Part shown: in pieces, positions 18,957 through 31,100 of the stretch
Position numbering within the stretch: the first letter of the stretch is position 1
How the letters are laid out: each line of letters starts with the position of its first letter
DNA from: Dudresnaya verticillata
Taxonomy: Eukaryota
Assembly (NCBI GenBank): GCA_977862235.1
Contig: OZ374563.1
Location: 682,001 to 746,000 of the forward strand
Direction: 5' to 3'
DNA: 64,000 bases
Notes under the pieces: model-generated
The model's input: the letters and a program-made list of their open reading frames with translations, nothing else
What the model was told of the DNA's origin: nothing
Databases searched by the model: none
Position numbers and translations under genes: made by a program

Positions 18957-20491
18957 TACGTCATCCCCAAGGCTATTTCTTCGGCTCGAACATTGAAGTT
19001 GCGTTAGGGGACATTCAAAGGTGAGAAACGCACCAAGACGGTTCGATTGAGCACTCAGTGACTGATACTGTATGTCCGAGAGGGTCTCGTCGAGATAGTC
19101 GGAGCAGATGATGGCAAATCGCCACACATTCCCCCAAACCATACAAATATTCCAGGGGAATTGTACTTCCCCGACTTTACTGCAGCGTGCCTGACGTACC
19201 ATTATCATCACTTTATCAGTGTCCAGCTAAAAGGAAACCAGGTAATGTACATTGAGATGATTTCTACACTAGCATTTCTCACAACCACAGTTTTGTAGCA
19301 TGTCTACGTTCCTTTCGATTCTGTCATGCCTGTGTGATGTTACGCCTTGCTAGTATTTTAGGGTGCCTCAGAACAGGTTGTTCGCTAATATGAACCTTAG
19401 CAGAAGGCTCCTCAACATTTCTATAGCGGGAAGGTCAAAAAAGAACAAAGGGCTATAATGCATAGTACAAAACGAACACCCACAACTGCTGATGAGAGTT
19501 CATCATTATTTTGTGCAAGGTGCGGATTGAAATTGTTATCACTTTCAGGTCGTGTAACGCTACAATAGCATGTAGGGCAGGCAGTTGAGGTATACCTTCT
19601 CGTTCCTTTGCGGGAAAATTTGCTGTGTTCCACGTAAAAATTCAACGCTCAACGCGGCTCTTGTCCCAAAACAGCACTACACTGTCATTTCTATGCTACA
19701 TGCTCTGGAGAGCCACACGCAGTGGCATATGTTACAATGCAACAAGAATAACGGATATGCAAGCATTGGGTAACGGCATTCCATGAGTTTTACAATCTTC
19801 GCAGTCCAAAGAAGATGAAAGGCCAGAAAAGCTAACTAGTTATCAGAAGAAGCGGCATTAATCTGGCTCATATAGCAATCTCGCGGGATGTTTCGACATC
19901 GCAGTATGGTATCTCTCGCTGAAAAGGACAACTTTTGCTCTATTTTCGCAGGACTTTGGTACAGAGCAGTGCATAGTGTGGGAGCTATCCTCTGTGTCTG
20001 CACCGTTGACTACCTTCGAAGGTAGCTTGCCGTGCTCGTTTTATCGGTCACGCGTGAAGGGAGCTGCTGTGGCTCAGAGCAGTATTTTCCGAATCCCCTC
20101 CAAGGGGTCAGATATTTTTTTTGTTTGTAATTTGCTAGTTTTTCGAAAGTTTGTGGATCAACTCGTGAAGGTTCGCGATGAACCAGCTCGCCCGTTTGGA
20201 CGGGCAATCCCGTTTCCGAATGCCACTGTCTCCAGGAGAGCCCCGGTGCACCCTTTTCAACATCGCCACGCGCTCTAGCATGCAGCACAACGGCCGCCTC
20301 CTGTCTTGGAAGGCAAGGGTCCTCATCCCACGCATAGAAGCTTGAGGCGACGGCGATGACGTGGATGGCAAGCACATCATTGCACCGTGCTGGCAACTGA
20401 AAACAACTTGGAACCGGCACGCCCTTGGCCTGTCACTTCGTGCCGTCGTCCGGCGCGAGACTCGGGCCACTCCCTTCTGTTCCTGCTGGTC

Positions 20492-23043
20492 ATGGATGTT
20501 GCGGATTCCATCGAGGCCGAGGGAGATCCCGAAGAGTTCCAGCAGAGGATAATTGAAGAAGCGCGGTAAGTAGTTCCTTATGACCTACACCTTGCGTACT
20601 CACGTGCTGTCTGACTTTCGGCTCGCGAACAGGCGACTGATGTATTCTTGAAAACTCGTTCTAACCGTCATCTGTGCTTCGGACATCAATGCCTGCTTTC
20701 GATAGAGAGCTCAAAGCCGCGTATGACGCTACCAAGAGAGAGGCTGCCCGCCGCATTGTCTTGAGGAATGTCCATAACACTGCAGCGTTTTATGCAGAGC
20801 AACGTGCATTGCGAGACGAGTATCTTGCCGAGAACGAAACCGAGCGGGAAGGGAACGAAGGCAGTGCAGGGCAGAGTTGTGTTGGTCACGAGAAGCCTGC
20901 GTCGCCTGCGAATGATGACCTACAAGTTGTTTCTGTTAAGCGAACAACAACTGCTTTTGATATTTCTCTGGAACGCTTGGATAGAATTCGTGAGATGAGG
21001 GCACATGGAGGTGTCCATGTTGTCATGCCAGACGTCAACAAGTTACCGCGTTTTAACGCTTGGGTACCGGTTGTGCAGAACCAATTTGTCACGGAACCGG
21101 ACTGCGGTGTCTACGTCCCTTGGTTCGGAGATGACGCCGAGTCGCTGAAGAAAGCAGCCGAAGTGTATGAAATGATGCAAGATGACGCGGAGTTCGAGTC
21201 TGCGTTTAACGAGCCAAGCGACGGCGAGATAAATGAAGTTGGCGAGCTGAAAGAGAAGAAGGATCCGTCGAACTACACTCTTGACTCCATGCTCGGCCGT
21301 GCAGCAATCAGACACGTTGTGGTAGAGATTACTACCCGACATGGCAAGCCTTACGTCATTTGGGCTGCACTCGCAAACGCTTTGAAAGTTGATGATATTC
21401 GTCGCCTGCTGCATATGTGCGACCTTGCAGAAAGACGAAATGCTGAGAAGCAGAAGAAACTGGAGGACCGCAAGACATCTCTGCGACATAAGAAGAGTAT
21501 TGAGAAAGCAGTATACAGGCGCAATGCGGAGTGTTTCAGACAGCAGGGTCGGGACGGAAACGCAACCAATCCTCTCCGCTTCTTCTGTTTTTTCTGTCAT
21601 GAGTTCGCATGCCACTTCCACGCTGGCGATAGCGTAGCCCCAGTCATACCGATACCGGACCGAAAAGCGGAGCAGAGAAACTTACACTTCGGGAGAAGCA
21701 AAGGTAAAATTGAGCCATGCTCGATGAAATGCTATCTCCTGGAGAAGTGGAGACAAGTTCCAACTCTGCCTGAAGAAGGCCAAACTTGGTCCGCGACGGA
21801 GTTAGCACTCCTCGACGAGGGTGCCGCAATGTTCCTCAGGGATCCATGTGGAATATCACAAATAATTGGCACAAAGACATGCCGTGAAGTCAATGAAAGA
21901 ATTCGGGGCCCGCAAGAGGTGGTCCGCATCAACGAGCTTATTTGCCGGGTGAAGGCTCCACGTGATCCGCCACCGGCCAATGCTGGCCCGGATGGCAGAA
22001 CCCCACAGGAAGATACTCGAGATCTGGTTTCTGCGAAGCAGAAACGGGGGAGAAGACTGCGATATCGGCGGCGTCTCAAGTCTGCCTGTACAGTTCCCGA
22101 GAAGAAGTCCTCTCCAACTCAGGATGAAGAGCGTTTTGTCCCCTGCAATCATGCCGGGATATGTACGAAGAGAAATGGATGCAGATGTGCGTTAAAGGGG
22201 CTAGAGTGCCAGTCAGTGTGCGGGTGCAATAGCGGTCGTTTCGTTGAAGGGAAGGAGGGGATTTTCTGGCTTGGTCCAACGGAGGAAGCGACAGACAGGC
22301 TGGATGGAAAGAGATGCAAGCTGAGAGTGCAGGGTTGTGACTGTAAGGATGGATATTGCAATACGGCCAACTGCGACTGTCACCAGGCTCGCCGGATATG
22401 CAACCCTGATTATTGCAATTCTTGTGAATGCAACGTGCTGCCTTCGCAAGCAGACTTTCGAATGAGGCGGTGCCGAAATGCTGATCTTATTACCGGGAGG
22501 CATAAGAAGACGTTTGTCGGTAGGTCGAGCGTTCACGGATTTGGGTTGTTTGCAGGGGAATACTTTTGGCATGGAGATCTGATCGGGCCGTACTGCGGAC
22601 GTCTGATGGAGAACGATTTGATGGACCGGGCGTTGCGGGTACCGCAGGCGATACGTGAAACATTCGCATTCCAGGTTGTGAAGGGGATGGCAATTGACGG
22701 GGGTGTGGTGGGCAGCAAAGCAAAGTTTATTAATCATCAGGAGGGGAAGGAGGTTAACTGTGAAGCGCGCACAGAGCGGTACCGTGGAGAGGCTCGGATT
22801 GCTCTCAAAGCCAAACGGCAGATAAGTCCAGGTGAGGAGCTTTTCTTCAACTACGCGATCATTGATGAAGGAGGAGATGGGAATAACTGGTTGATGGGGG
22901 ACAAGCGAAAAAAATCCCGACGACAGGGTTCAAGTCGAGGCACGAATGATGCAGACGAGGAAAACCGGGCTAGTTCAGACGAGGAGGGTTCTTCGTCGAA
23001 GAGTTCTAGCAGCTCAGACGATGAGTATTTTGCGGCGTTCTAA
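20492..23043 (+). CDS. Enhancer of zeste-like (PRC2) CXC-SET histone methyltransferase; exons 20492-20565 and 20706-23043
   Basis: FCFFCHEFACHFH motif, SANT-like region, CXC (PCNH...C...) and SET (VHGFGLFAGE, YCG, KFINH, GEELFFNY). The intron GTAAGT...CTAAC...TAG joins the exons in frame. Confidence 0.9.
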
Positions 23044-23554
23044 TTGTGTCTTGGAGTGTGCATATGTCGACCTCGAGGACGCTATGGCAGTAAACAAGCT
23101 GCCAAAATGTACAGTAAAAGGAAGAGTCAAAGAGTCAGGGGTGATGCCGTCGTAGAGCAGACCCTTGATTTCGATGGCCATGTTCAGGAAGTCGTTGCGT
23201 TTTCGGTAACCCTCCCCAACATGTGGAGAACTGTTCACTGCTGGCGCACAAACGGAGGATGCTATTATCCTTCGCGTTCGTCTCGAGGACGGGCTGGGAT
23301 GGGAATCGGCAAATGTGTTCGCGAAGAGCTGGAGTTGTCGCAGCAGAAGAGTCGCAGCACTTGGGACACAGCTGAACGGGAAACGGCACGCATTGCTGTG
23401 CCAGAAGTGACAACAGCAGCCAATTAGAGCCGAGAGTTCAATGTGGCCCAAGAGATAGACCTCCAGAATCTTGGGACTTTATGCCGAGCAGCTCCCGCCT
23501 CCAGCTTCTTCTCTTCCCGATCGCCTCGCGTCTGGTATCTCCATCTCTTCTACC

Positions 23555-25081
23555 ATGCTGGACTTGATTCCGCTGCGTCCTGCCTCGGCCGTAGCCTGGG
23601 ACACTCTACAAGCCCTGGCCGAGAGGATTCCGCCGCTACGATGGCTTTCCTCCGCCATAGGTCTCGGCCAGGCGCCAGCGCCGCGCCCGGGCGTACCGGT
23701 ATACGTGATGCTACCGCTAGACGCGGCGCTACCCGAACCAGAACTGGCTGAGGAGCGGTTCGAAGCCGCACTGCATGCCTTGAAAGCGGCCGGCGCGAAG
23801 GGCGTCATGTGCGATGTGTGGTGGGGTGTGTGCGAGCCGACCCCGGGCCAGTACGACTTTTCCGCCTACGTGAAGCTCTTCAAACTGTGCCGCGACGCCG
23901 GCCTGCGCGTGCAGGCTACTATGTCGTTCCACGCCTGCGGCGGCAACGTCGGCGACTCTGTTTGCGTCCCGCTCCCGGACTGGGTTGTCGAGGCGGGTGA
24001 CGAGCACGCCTTCTGGTTTACGGACCGCTCCGGCGGCATCAACCGCGAGTATATCTCGTTCGGCGCGGATCACAAGCCGCTGCTGCCCGGTGTGAAGGAA
24101 CAGTCAGAGAAAGTGGAAGACGCAGCTGAGCAAGTAGTGGGCGAGGACGGCGAGCCGGCGGTCGTCTCGCCTCAACTGGTGGCTCCGGTGCGGCTGCGGA
24201 CGCCACTGCAGGCGTATCAGGCGTTCGTGAAGGCGTTTGTGAATGAGATGATGAAGGAGGAATTGTTTGGCACGACCATTACAGAGGTGCAGATGGGCGT
24301 CGGTCCGTGTGGCGAGCTGCGGTACCCGAGCTACCCGATGGACAAGTGGGCATTCCCTGGTATTGGCGAGCTGCAATGCTTTGACAAGTTCTTGCTGGCG
24401 GACCTGGAAGCAGCTATGCGGGAGAATGGGTCAGATGAGGTGAAGGGCGCCAATATGCCGCCGGAGGACACCGGTTGGTATAACGATTCGCCGGGGAACG
24501 CCGAGTTCTGGCGAAACGGGTTTCAAACGGAGGCTGGCGAGTTCTTCCTCGCGTGGTACTCTAGGCGCATGCTCCAGCACGCAGAGGATGTTCTGGGGGT
24601 TGTGCGCGATGTGCTTCCTGCCGGAGGGGGTGTTGACCTTGCAGTGAAGGTGGCCGGGATTCACTGGTGGAAGTTTAGCAGAAGCAGGGCGGCGGAGGCC
24701 GCTGCAGGGTATATTGTTGGGAGCGGGCGCACGGCATATGGCGATGTGGCGCGGATGTTGCGGGCGTTTGATGCAGTGCTGGACTTTACGTGCTTGGAGA
24801 TGCGGACTATTGACCAGCCGTTTCTCAAGGCTAGGTGTGGACCAAGGCAGCTGGTTGCGGAGGTGTTCCGAGAGGCTGAGCAAGCCGGGGTTGCCGTGGC
24901 GGGAGAGAACGCGCTGGAGCGGTTCGATTGGGGCGGGCTCTCGCAGGTTGTGTCAGCGTTTCGTAGGTGCCGTGCCAGGCGTGTTGGGTTCACGCTTCTC
25001 CGGCTTGGGGCTGGGTTGCTTGAAGAGGACAATATGAGGACGTTTGAGCGGTTTGTCAAAGCGATGAAAGAGGCTCAGTGA
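23555..25081 (+). CDS. Beta-amylase (GH14); start codon uncertain
   Basis: VYVMLPLD, DVWWG, SFHACGGNVGD, GPCGELRYPSY, GIHWW, FTCLEM and GENAL motifs. Confidence 0.95.
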   Translation: MLDLIPLRPASAVAWDTLQALAERIPPLRWLSSAIGLGQAPAPRPGVPVYVMLPLDAALPEPELAEERFEAALHALKAAGAKGVMCDVWWGVCEPTPGQYDFSAYVKLFKLCRDAGLRVQATMSFHACGGNVGDSVCVPLPDWVVEAGDEHAFWFTDRSGGINREYISFGADHKPLLPGVKEQSEKVEDAAEQVVGEDGEPAVVSPQLVAPVRLRTPLQAYQAFVKAFVNEMMKEELFGTTITEVQMGVGPCGELRYPSYPMDKWAFPGIGELQCFDKFLLADLEAAMRENGSDEVKGANMPPEDTGWYNDSPGNAEFWRNGFQTEAGEFFLAWYSRRMLQHAEDVLGVVRDVLPAGGGVDLAVKVAGIHWWKFSRSRAAEAAAGYIVGSGRTAYGDVARMLRAFDAVLDFTCLEMRTIDQPFLKARCGPRQLVAEVFREAEQAGVAVAGENALERFDWGGLSQVVSAFRRCRARRVGFTLLRLGAGLLEEDNMRTFERFVKAMKEAQ

Positions 25082-25315
25082 GCCTCTCGAGATGTCAGGT
25101 GACTACGAATTGGCTGAAAGGATGAGTGGCACGATGTCACCCACACGAATTAATTTACGCTATTCAGGCGACGGCTAAGGAGGTCCTGAACACTATGAGA
25201 GCAGCGCTGCTCACGTTTCTCACTTCTTGGGCAACGCGCTACCACAACCCTCACCACCTTGCCAGCTGCGCAAAACACATACCCCCCCTTTCTCGCTAGC
25301 AGCTATCGCTATACC

Positions 25316-26473
25316 ATGACTGAGAAGGACATCTCCACCGACCCCTTTCTCCACGATAAGCACAGCGACCCTCCGGACTACTCCATCCAGCCGGACTTGT
25401 CTCCGCGAACGTTGCCATCCGATGACTTCGCGCCGTCTCTCGAACAATCTCTGCCCCCCTCCGACCCACAAGACCTGCACTCACAGCCCAAATCCGGCCC
25501 GAGCTCCTCCCCAACTCCGCCACCGCCACTGCCACCGCCAGAGGACCTGCCGGAACCATCGGGCCCCTCTCTGCTAACGCTAGGCACGGTGGTTGTGATC
25601 GGCGCCATGGCGGCAAACGTAATCGGCTTCCGTTACAGCAGGTGGGCCGTGGGGAAGGACGTGCACCGCGCCTGGGAGACGCACCAGCGAAACACTGCCT
25701 CGCGCGCTACGGATCAGCGCGCGCGTCGCGCGTCGGAGCACCGTGCACGGCGCGCGGCCGAGCAAGCCGCGGAGCAGGCGGAGCGTGCGGCACGGGCGGC
25801 GCGCGCCGACACTAGTGCGCGCGCGGACCGACAGGCACGCGATGAGGCGCGTGGAGCGTACCAGCGCTGGGAGCGCGTGTTCCGTGACGGCGACCGCGAG
25901 TCGTTCTTCCGCGAGTTTCGGGTCGAGGTCGACCCGCATGTGGTGGAGGAGCTCTTGCGCGCGCAGCGCGGTGCAGCCAGGGGGAGCAGGCGGGGGAACC
26001 CGTTTGGAATGCCGGATGAAATGCTTCAGGAGTTGCTGCGCGCCGCGCGTGGCGGGCAGGGTGGTACGAAACGGACACGGGAGGAGGAGGAGTTTGACCC
26101 GTTTAGGATCTTCGAGCAGATGCAGCGCGAGAATGCTGGCGCGCGGGGAAGGCGGAGGGAGGCGGACTTTGACCCTTTTCGGTTTTGGGAGCAGATGCAG
26201 GGGGCACAGTGGCGGGACTTTGAGCGAGGGATGGGTGGTGGGCCTGGGGCGGGTGGTGGTGGTGGCGGGGTGTTCCGACAGGCGGGGTTGAGCCGGTACT
26301 ACTCGACGTTGGGGCTGGACTCTAACGCAAGCGAGGCGCAGGTCAAGGCTGCATATCGGAAGGAGGTTATGAAATGGCACCCGGACCGGTATCGCGGAAA
26401 CGAGCCTGAGAAGGCGGCGAAGCGATTCCGGGAGGTGACGGAGGCTTACGACGCGATAACCAACAACAGATGA
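25316..26473 (+). CDS. J-domain (DnaJ-type) protein with one TM segment and a C-terminal J domain
   Basis: YYSTLGL...VKAAYRKEVMKWHPDRY...FREVTEAYD, plus the hydrophobic segment LLTLGTVVVIGAMAANVIG. Confidence 0.9.
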   Translation: MTEKDISTDPFLHDKHSDPPDYSIQPDLSPRTLPSDDFAPSLEQSLPPSDPQDLHSQPKSGPSSSPTPPPPLPPPEDLPEPSGPSLLTLGTVVVIGAMAANVIGFRYSRWAVGKDVHRAWETHQRNTASRATDQRARRASEHRARRAAEQAAEQAERAARAARADTSARADRQARDEARGAYQRWERVFRDGDRESFFREFRVEVDPHVVEELLRAQRGAARGSRRGNPFGMPDEMLQELLRAARGGQGGTKRTREEEEFDPFRIFEQMQRENAGARGRRREADFDPFRFWEQMQGAQWRDFERGMGGGPGAGGGGGGVFRQAGLSRYYSTLGLDSNASEAQVKAAYRKEVMKWHPDRYRGNEPEKAAKRFREVTEAYDAITNNR

Positions 26474-26618
26474 TCCCCAATTCCCAGCAACACGACTAAC
26501 ACACCAACTTATGTTAGAACTCGTGGTTAGAGTTTATAGATAACCTAACACAACGCGAAACCGCAGCTACCGTACAAGACCCAATACTCTACACAAAACT
26601 GTCTCTAATAACCATACC

Positions 26619-27578
26619 CTATTCATCGCCTACCGAGAACGAGGGCTGCTCCCGCACGCCCTGCCCGCGGTAAGTGCCCTGTTGAGAATCTACGGCGGGC
26701 ATGTTCTCAAAGCCCTGGTTCCGTCTGCGAATGCCCCAGTAGATAAGCACGGCCGGGGCCAGAATGGCAAGAGCGATGCCAACAAGCGCGACAGCGGAGA
26801 TGCCACCGACCGCAGCGCCGCCCGCAGCGGCGCCTTCACCACCCGCCGACTTCCCTTCGGCGTCGCCATCATCGCCATCGCCGCCCGACTCCCCCTCGTC
26901 GTCGGACCCGTCGCCCGGCGGGGCGGCTGCGCCGTAACCCGTGGCACCGCTGTCCGACGGGGACGGGGAAGCGCCCGGCGATGCCGACGACGCTGGGGAC
27001 GGGGCGACGCCCTCTGCGAGCGGCGTGGCGGTCACGGCCGGGGACGGGGACGCCTCTGGAGACGCGGTCGGCACCGCGGACGCCGTGGGCGGCGGAGGCG
27101 CGGCAGCAGATTCTGGGGTGGGCGAGGCTAGCGCGGAGGCGGGGGCGGGCGGGGACGGGGTGGGGCTGGCCGGGGCGTCCGGTTCTCCATCGTCGTCGCC
27201 GACGCTGCCTTCACTCTCGTCGTCGTCGTCGTCGTCGCCTGCCTCTGCAGCTGGGCCGGGGTCCTTGTCGCCGTCATCAGCGCCGTCGTCGTCGTGGCCG
27301 TCGCCATCATCGTCGCCATCGGTGCCGGCGGCGGCGGCCGGGTCGGAGGGGTTCCCGTCGTCGTTTTCCGGGTCTGCGGGCTGGGCGGGATCGGCGGGCT
27401 CCGCGGAGTCGGGTTCGTTGATGTGGCGGGCGGGGGATGGGGTGGGGGTGGCGGGCGAGAGGAAGTCGAACAGGCCGCGGTGGACGGGTGGGGCCGGGGC
27501 GGCGCGGGCTGGGGGGAGGAGGGCAGCGAGCAGGGCGGCGAGGGCTAGAGCCGCGGCGGCGTGGCGGGGGCGCGGCAT
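26619..27578 (-). CDS. Type I membrane protein with an acidic and Pro/Ala/Ser-rich ectodomain (AGP/mucin-like)
   Basis: Signal peptide AAAALALAALLAALL, low-complexity ectodomain, TM segment ISAVALVGIALAILAPAVLIYW, RRR stop-transfer and a short tail. Confidence 0.8.
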   Translation of the reverse strand: MPRPRHAAAALALAALLAALLPPARAAPAPPVHRGLFDFLSPATPTPSPARHINEPDSAEPADPAQPADPENDDGNPSDPAAAAGTDGDDDGDGHDDDGADDGDKDPGPAAEAGDDDDDDESEGSVGDDDGEPDAPASPTPSPPAPASALASPTPESAAAPPPPTASAVPTASPEASPSPAVTATPLAEGVAPSPASSASPGASPSPSDSGATGYGAAAPPGDGSDDEGESGGDGDDGDAEGKSAGGEGAAAGGAAVGGISAVALVGIALAILAPAVLIYWGIRRRNQGFENMPAVDSQQGTYRGQGVREQPSFSVGDE

Positions 27579-28184
27579 TGTTGGGGGCGGGCGGGGTACG
27601 GCGGGCGGGGCACGGCGGGACGGAGGAGGCCGGTGGTGGAGGGGCGCGTCGCCGGTGATATAAGAGCAGTGACGCGAGCGTAAGGGGGCCGCCGGGAGCA
27701 GCACGAACGGTGCGTCGGGCGGCGCCGTGTGCGGGAATTGGGGCAATGGGCGACGCGCGGACGGACGGTGTCAGCAGCGCGAGCACGGCGCGCGGTGCCA
27801 ATTGCGCAATTGGAAAGGCGCCGATGCAATTGGCGCGAATTACGTATCCGCTGACGGCGCGCCGCGGATTTGCCGATTTGGTGCTGCGCCGATGCACTGC
27901 ACCGTCCGCGCGCCGCGAGGGCCGCGCCTTCGCATTCTGTTGCGCCGCCGCGCGCGCGCGCAGACGCTGTCGGCGCGCCCGCAGCGGCCCGCGCCAATGC
28001 GCGCGGACCGCGCCGCTTCGCTTCGCCGCGCTTCGCCGCGCGCGCGCCTTCCGCGCGCGATCCAATTTCCCCCAAAATCCCCCTTCCCTCCCTCTCCACG
28101 CCCCGCCGCGTCCCGCCCGTCCCGCCCGCGCCGCGCGACAGCCGCCTCCCCGCCGCCGCCGCCGCCCTCCCCCCGCACGGAAGA

Positions 28185-31100
28185 ATGCACTTCTTCCTCC
28201 CGCCGTGGCTGCGCCACGGCCGCCCGCGCGCCCCGGCCAGCGTCTTCAGCGTCGACGTCGAGCCGCACGGCACCCGCCTCGCATCGGCTGGCCAGGACTG
28301 CGCCGTCAAGATCTGGTCGCTGCCGGTGCTGCGCTCGCTCGCCGTCCCGGCCTCGTCCGCCACCGCCGCCGCCACCGCCGCCGCCGAGGCCGCTGCTCCC
28401 GCCGCCGCCGAGGCCCTCCCGCCGCGCGGCGCCCTGCTCGCCACCATCTCGTCGCACTCGTCCGCCGTCAACTGCGTGCGCTGGGCCCCCGCGGGCCGTC
28501 TGCTGGCGTCCGCGGGTGACGACGCCGTCGTCCTCATCTACCACCAGCTCGAGTCTGCCCCGGGCCCCACCTCAGCCTTCGCCGCCGCTGCCGCTGCCGC
28601 CCCGGGCCAGCCCGCCCTCGAGAACTGGCGCGTGCGCCGCCCGCTGCGCGCCCACGCCGGTGACGTCACCGACCTGTGCTGGAGTCCGGACGGCCAGCGC
28701 CTGGCCTCGGCCAGCGTCGACAATGTTATCTACATCTGGAGCGTCCGCACCGAGCGCGCTGTCGTCCGCCTCGATGGACACACTGGCCTCGTCAAGGGCG
28801 TCGCGTGGGACCCCGTCGGCCGCTACCTCGCCTCCCAGTCAGACGACCGCTCATTGCGCATCTGGCGCACCTCGGACTGGAAGACGGAGAAGCTGATTTC
28901 TAAGCCCTTCGACTCCGCCGTGTACAAGGAGAATTCCATGGCCTTCTTCCTCCGCATCTCGTGGTCCCCGTGCGGTACACAGCTCCTTGCCACCAACGCG
29001 TACAAGAAGCCCGGCGCACACCACGCCCCCATGTTCTCGCGCGAGTCTGCCTTTGAGGAGCAGATTGAGTTTGTCGGCCACCGCGAGCCCGTCGTCTCCA
29101 CCCGCTTCTCTCCGAGGCTGTACCGCGCCCACCCGAAGAAGATCTCCGCTATGCGCGAATCTGTCGAGGCAGAGAACAAACGCAACGAGAGTGTGGCTGG
29201 CTATGTCAAGAAACCTCCACCAGACCCTTTGGCCACCTATACCTGCCTCGCTCTCGGTTCCAAGGACTGCGGTGCCACTATTTGGCAGGCGACTGGCGTG
29301 CGCCCCTTTTTCGATATGGCACAAATGTTCGATTCTGACGTTATCGATTTGTCCTGGGGCAGCGATGGCTACACACTCGTCTCATGCTCCACGGATGGCA
29401 AGATTATGTATATCAGATTTGAATCGGAGGAGCTTGGTGTCGTCGTGTCTCAGGAAGAAACTAGGAATATTCTTACAAAGGTCTGGCGCGAGTTTGGCGG
29501 TGCTGGTGACAGTGCCGCTCCGATTCCTGAATCTGCCACCCAACTACAGATGGAAAATGCGCAAAAGCAAGTGGGGGAGGAAAAGACTCCAGTGCCTCCA
29601 GTGCAAAGAAAGGGTACTCCAACACAGTCGGCTCAGCAGCAGCAGCAATCGCGACTGCAGCAAAAGCAGCAACCGGCACAGCAATCTCCACAGCAATCTC
29701 CACAGCAATCTCCACAGCAACCACAACAACAAGCACCGGACCAACTGCAAAGACCAAATGGCCATGAAGGCTCTGCACGGGAACGCGTCGATGTCGTCGA
29801 AGACACCCTCGACTCTGAGGCGCATCGCCAAAAGCCACCTCTCCCACCAGCAGCAGAAAAGCGACGAAGCGATGTGCCAAATTCAGTCGTTGTCGCTGCT
29901 GCTGCTGCTCGTGAAAATGGTCCCACCCCACCAGCAGACCCACGCATTATCGCAGCACAGGCGGAGGTCCGGGTAAAGGGAGGCAAGCGCCGTATCACCC
30001 CAATGACAGTTACTGCGCATGCCGAACTGAAGCGCGACCCGCCCCCTACTCCCCTGCCGACCAAACGACCGGCACTGCACGATACCGACGGAGACAGTGT
30101 ACCGGCGACTGCGTCACCGATGAAGCGACCTAGGGCCAACGCATTTGCGATAGATGCAGACGTGTCTAGAGAAGGCTTCACTCAAAGCAATGTCGCAAGC
30201 AGCATTGCGACCAACGGAAACTATGCATTGCCTAACGGGGGAGAAGTGCATGCGAAGCGAGATTTGGCAAGCATTGCTCGCCCCGGAGCACGCCCAACAG
30301 CGCATGCAGCTAACCTGTACGCGCCAAGTATAGTTGGGCTGAACATGATGCTGTTACCAGACCGTGGGGAAGGCCCAGGGCGATGCAGAGTAATCAGCAG
30401 AGACATACCACCCACCGTTTTAGAATCAAAGGAACATCATGGAAGTGGTGGTGGATACGTTGTCATGTGTTCACGAGCAGGGGAAGTACAATGGCGGGAC
30501 TACCACCCAAAGTCATGTCCAGTCACGGCACTGGCAGGTGTAGCAGGCAAATATGTAGCCGTCGGCACAGGTGACGGAACTCTATTTTTTTACTCTGCCT
30601 TATCTGGCAGACGTTTAGTCCCGCCTATTGCGATTGACTCTGCGCCGTATATGCTTGAAGCTATCACTTTGCAGACGGAGGGCCCCTCGGATGCTTCCAC
30701 TCTGAAGGAAGAATTGGAAAGATGGTTTGTCGTGCTGGTATCCAGAAGTGCGCTTTGCACTGTTTTCGATGTCAAGGCCAAGAAGCTCGTATGTGCAAGA
30801 AGTGCAGCCTCGCTTTTGGCGAAGCCGCAAGAACCATCTGCGACAGGGAAAGCAGAGAGTGCGAAGGCGAAAATCCTCAGAGAGGTGGCTTATTGCAAGG
30901 TCACTGAAGCTGGGGAACCGATTCTGGTCTTGACGGATGGACATGCCTATGTGTACTCCAAGAGTTTCTGCTCCTGGTTGCGAGTGGCAGACAACTTCAG
31001 TCCAAACTCAGACTTTGTTAGAACCATCCCGGCTTCTACCAAAGTCGGAATTTTGCGCTCATTGCAAGCGAGAAATCGATTGACGGGAAAATCTCTTCCT

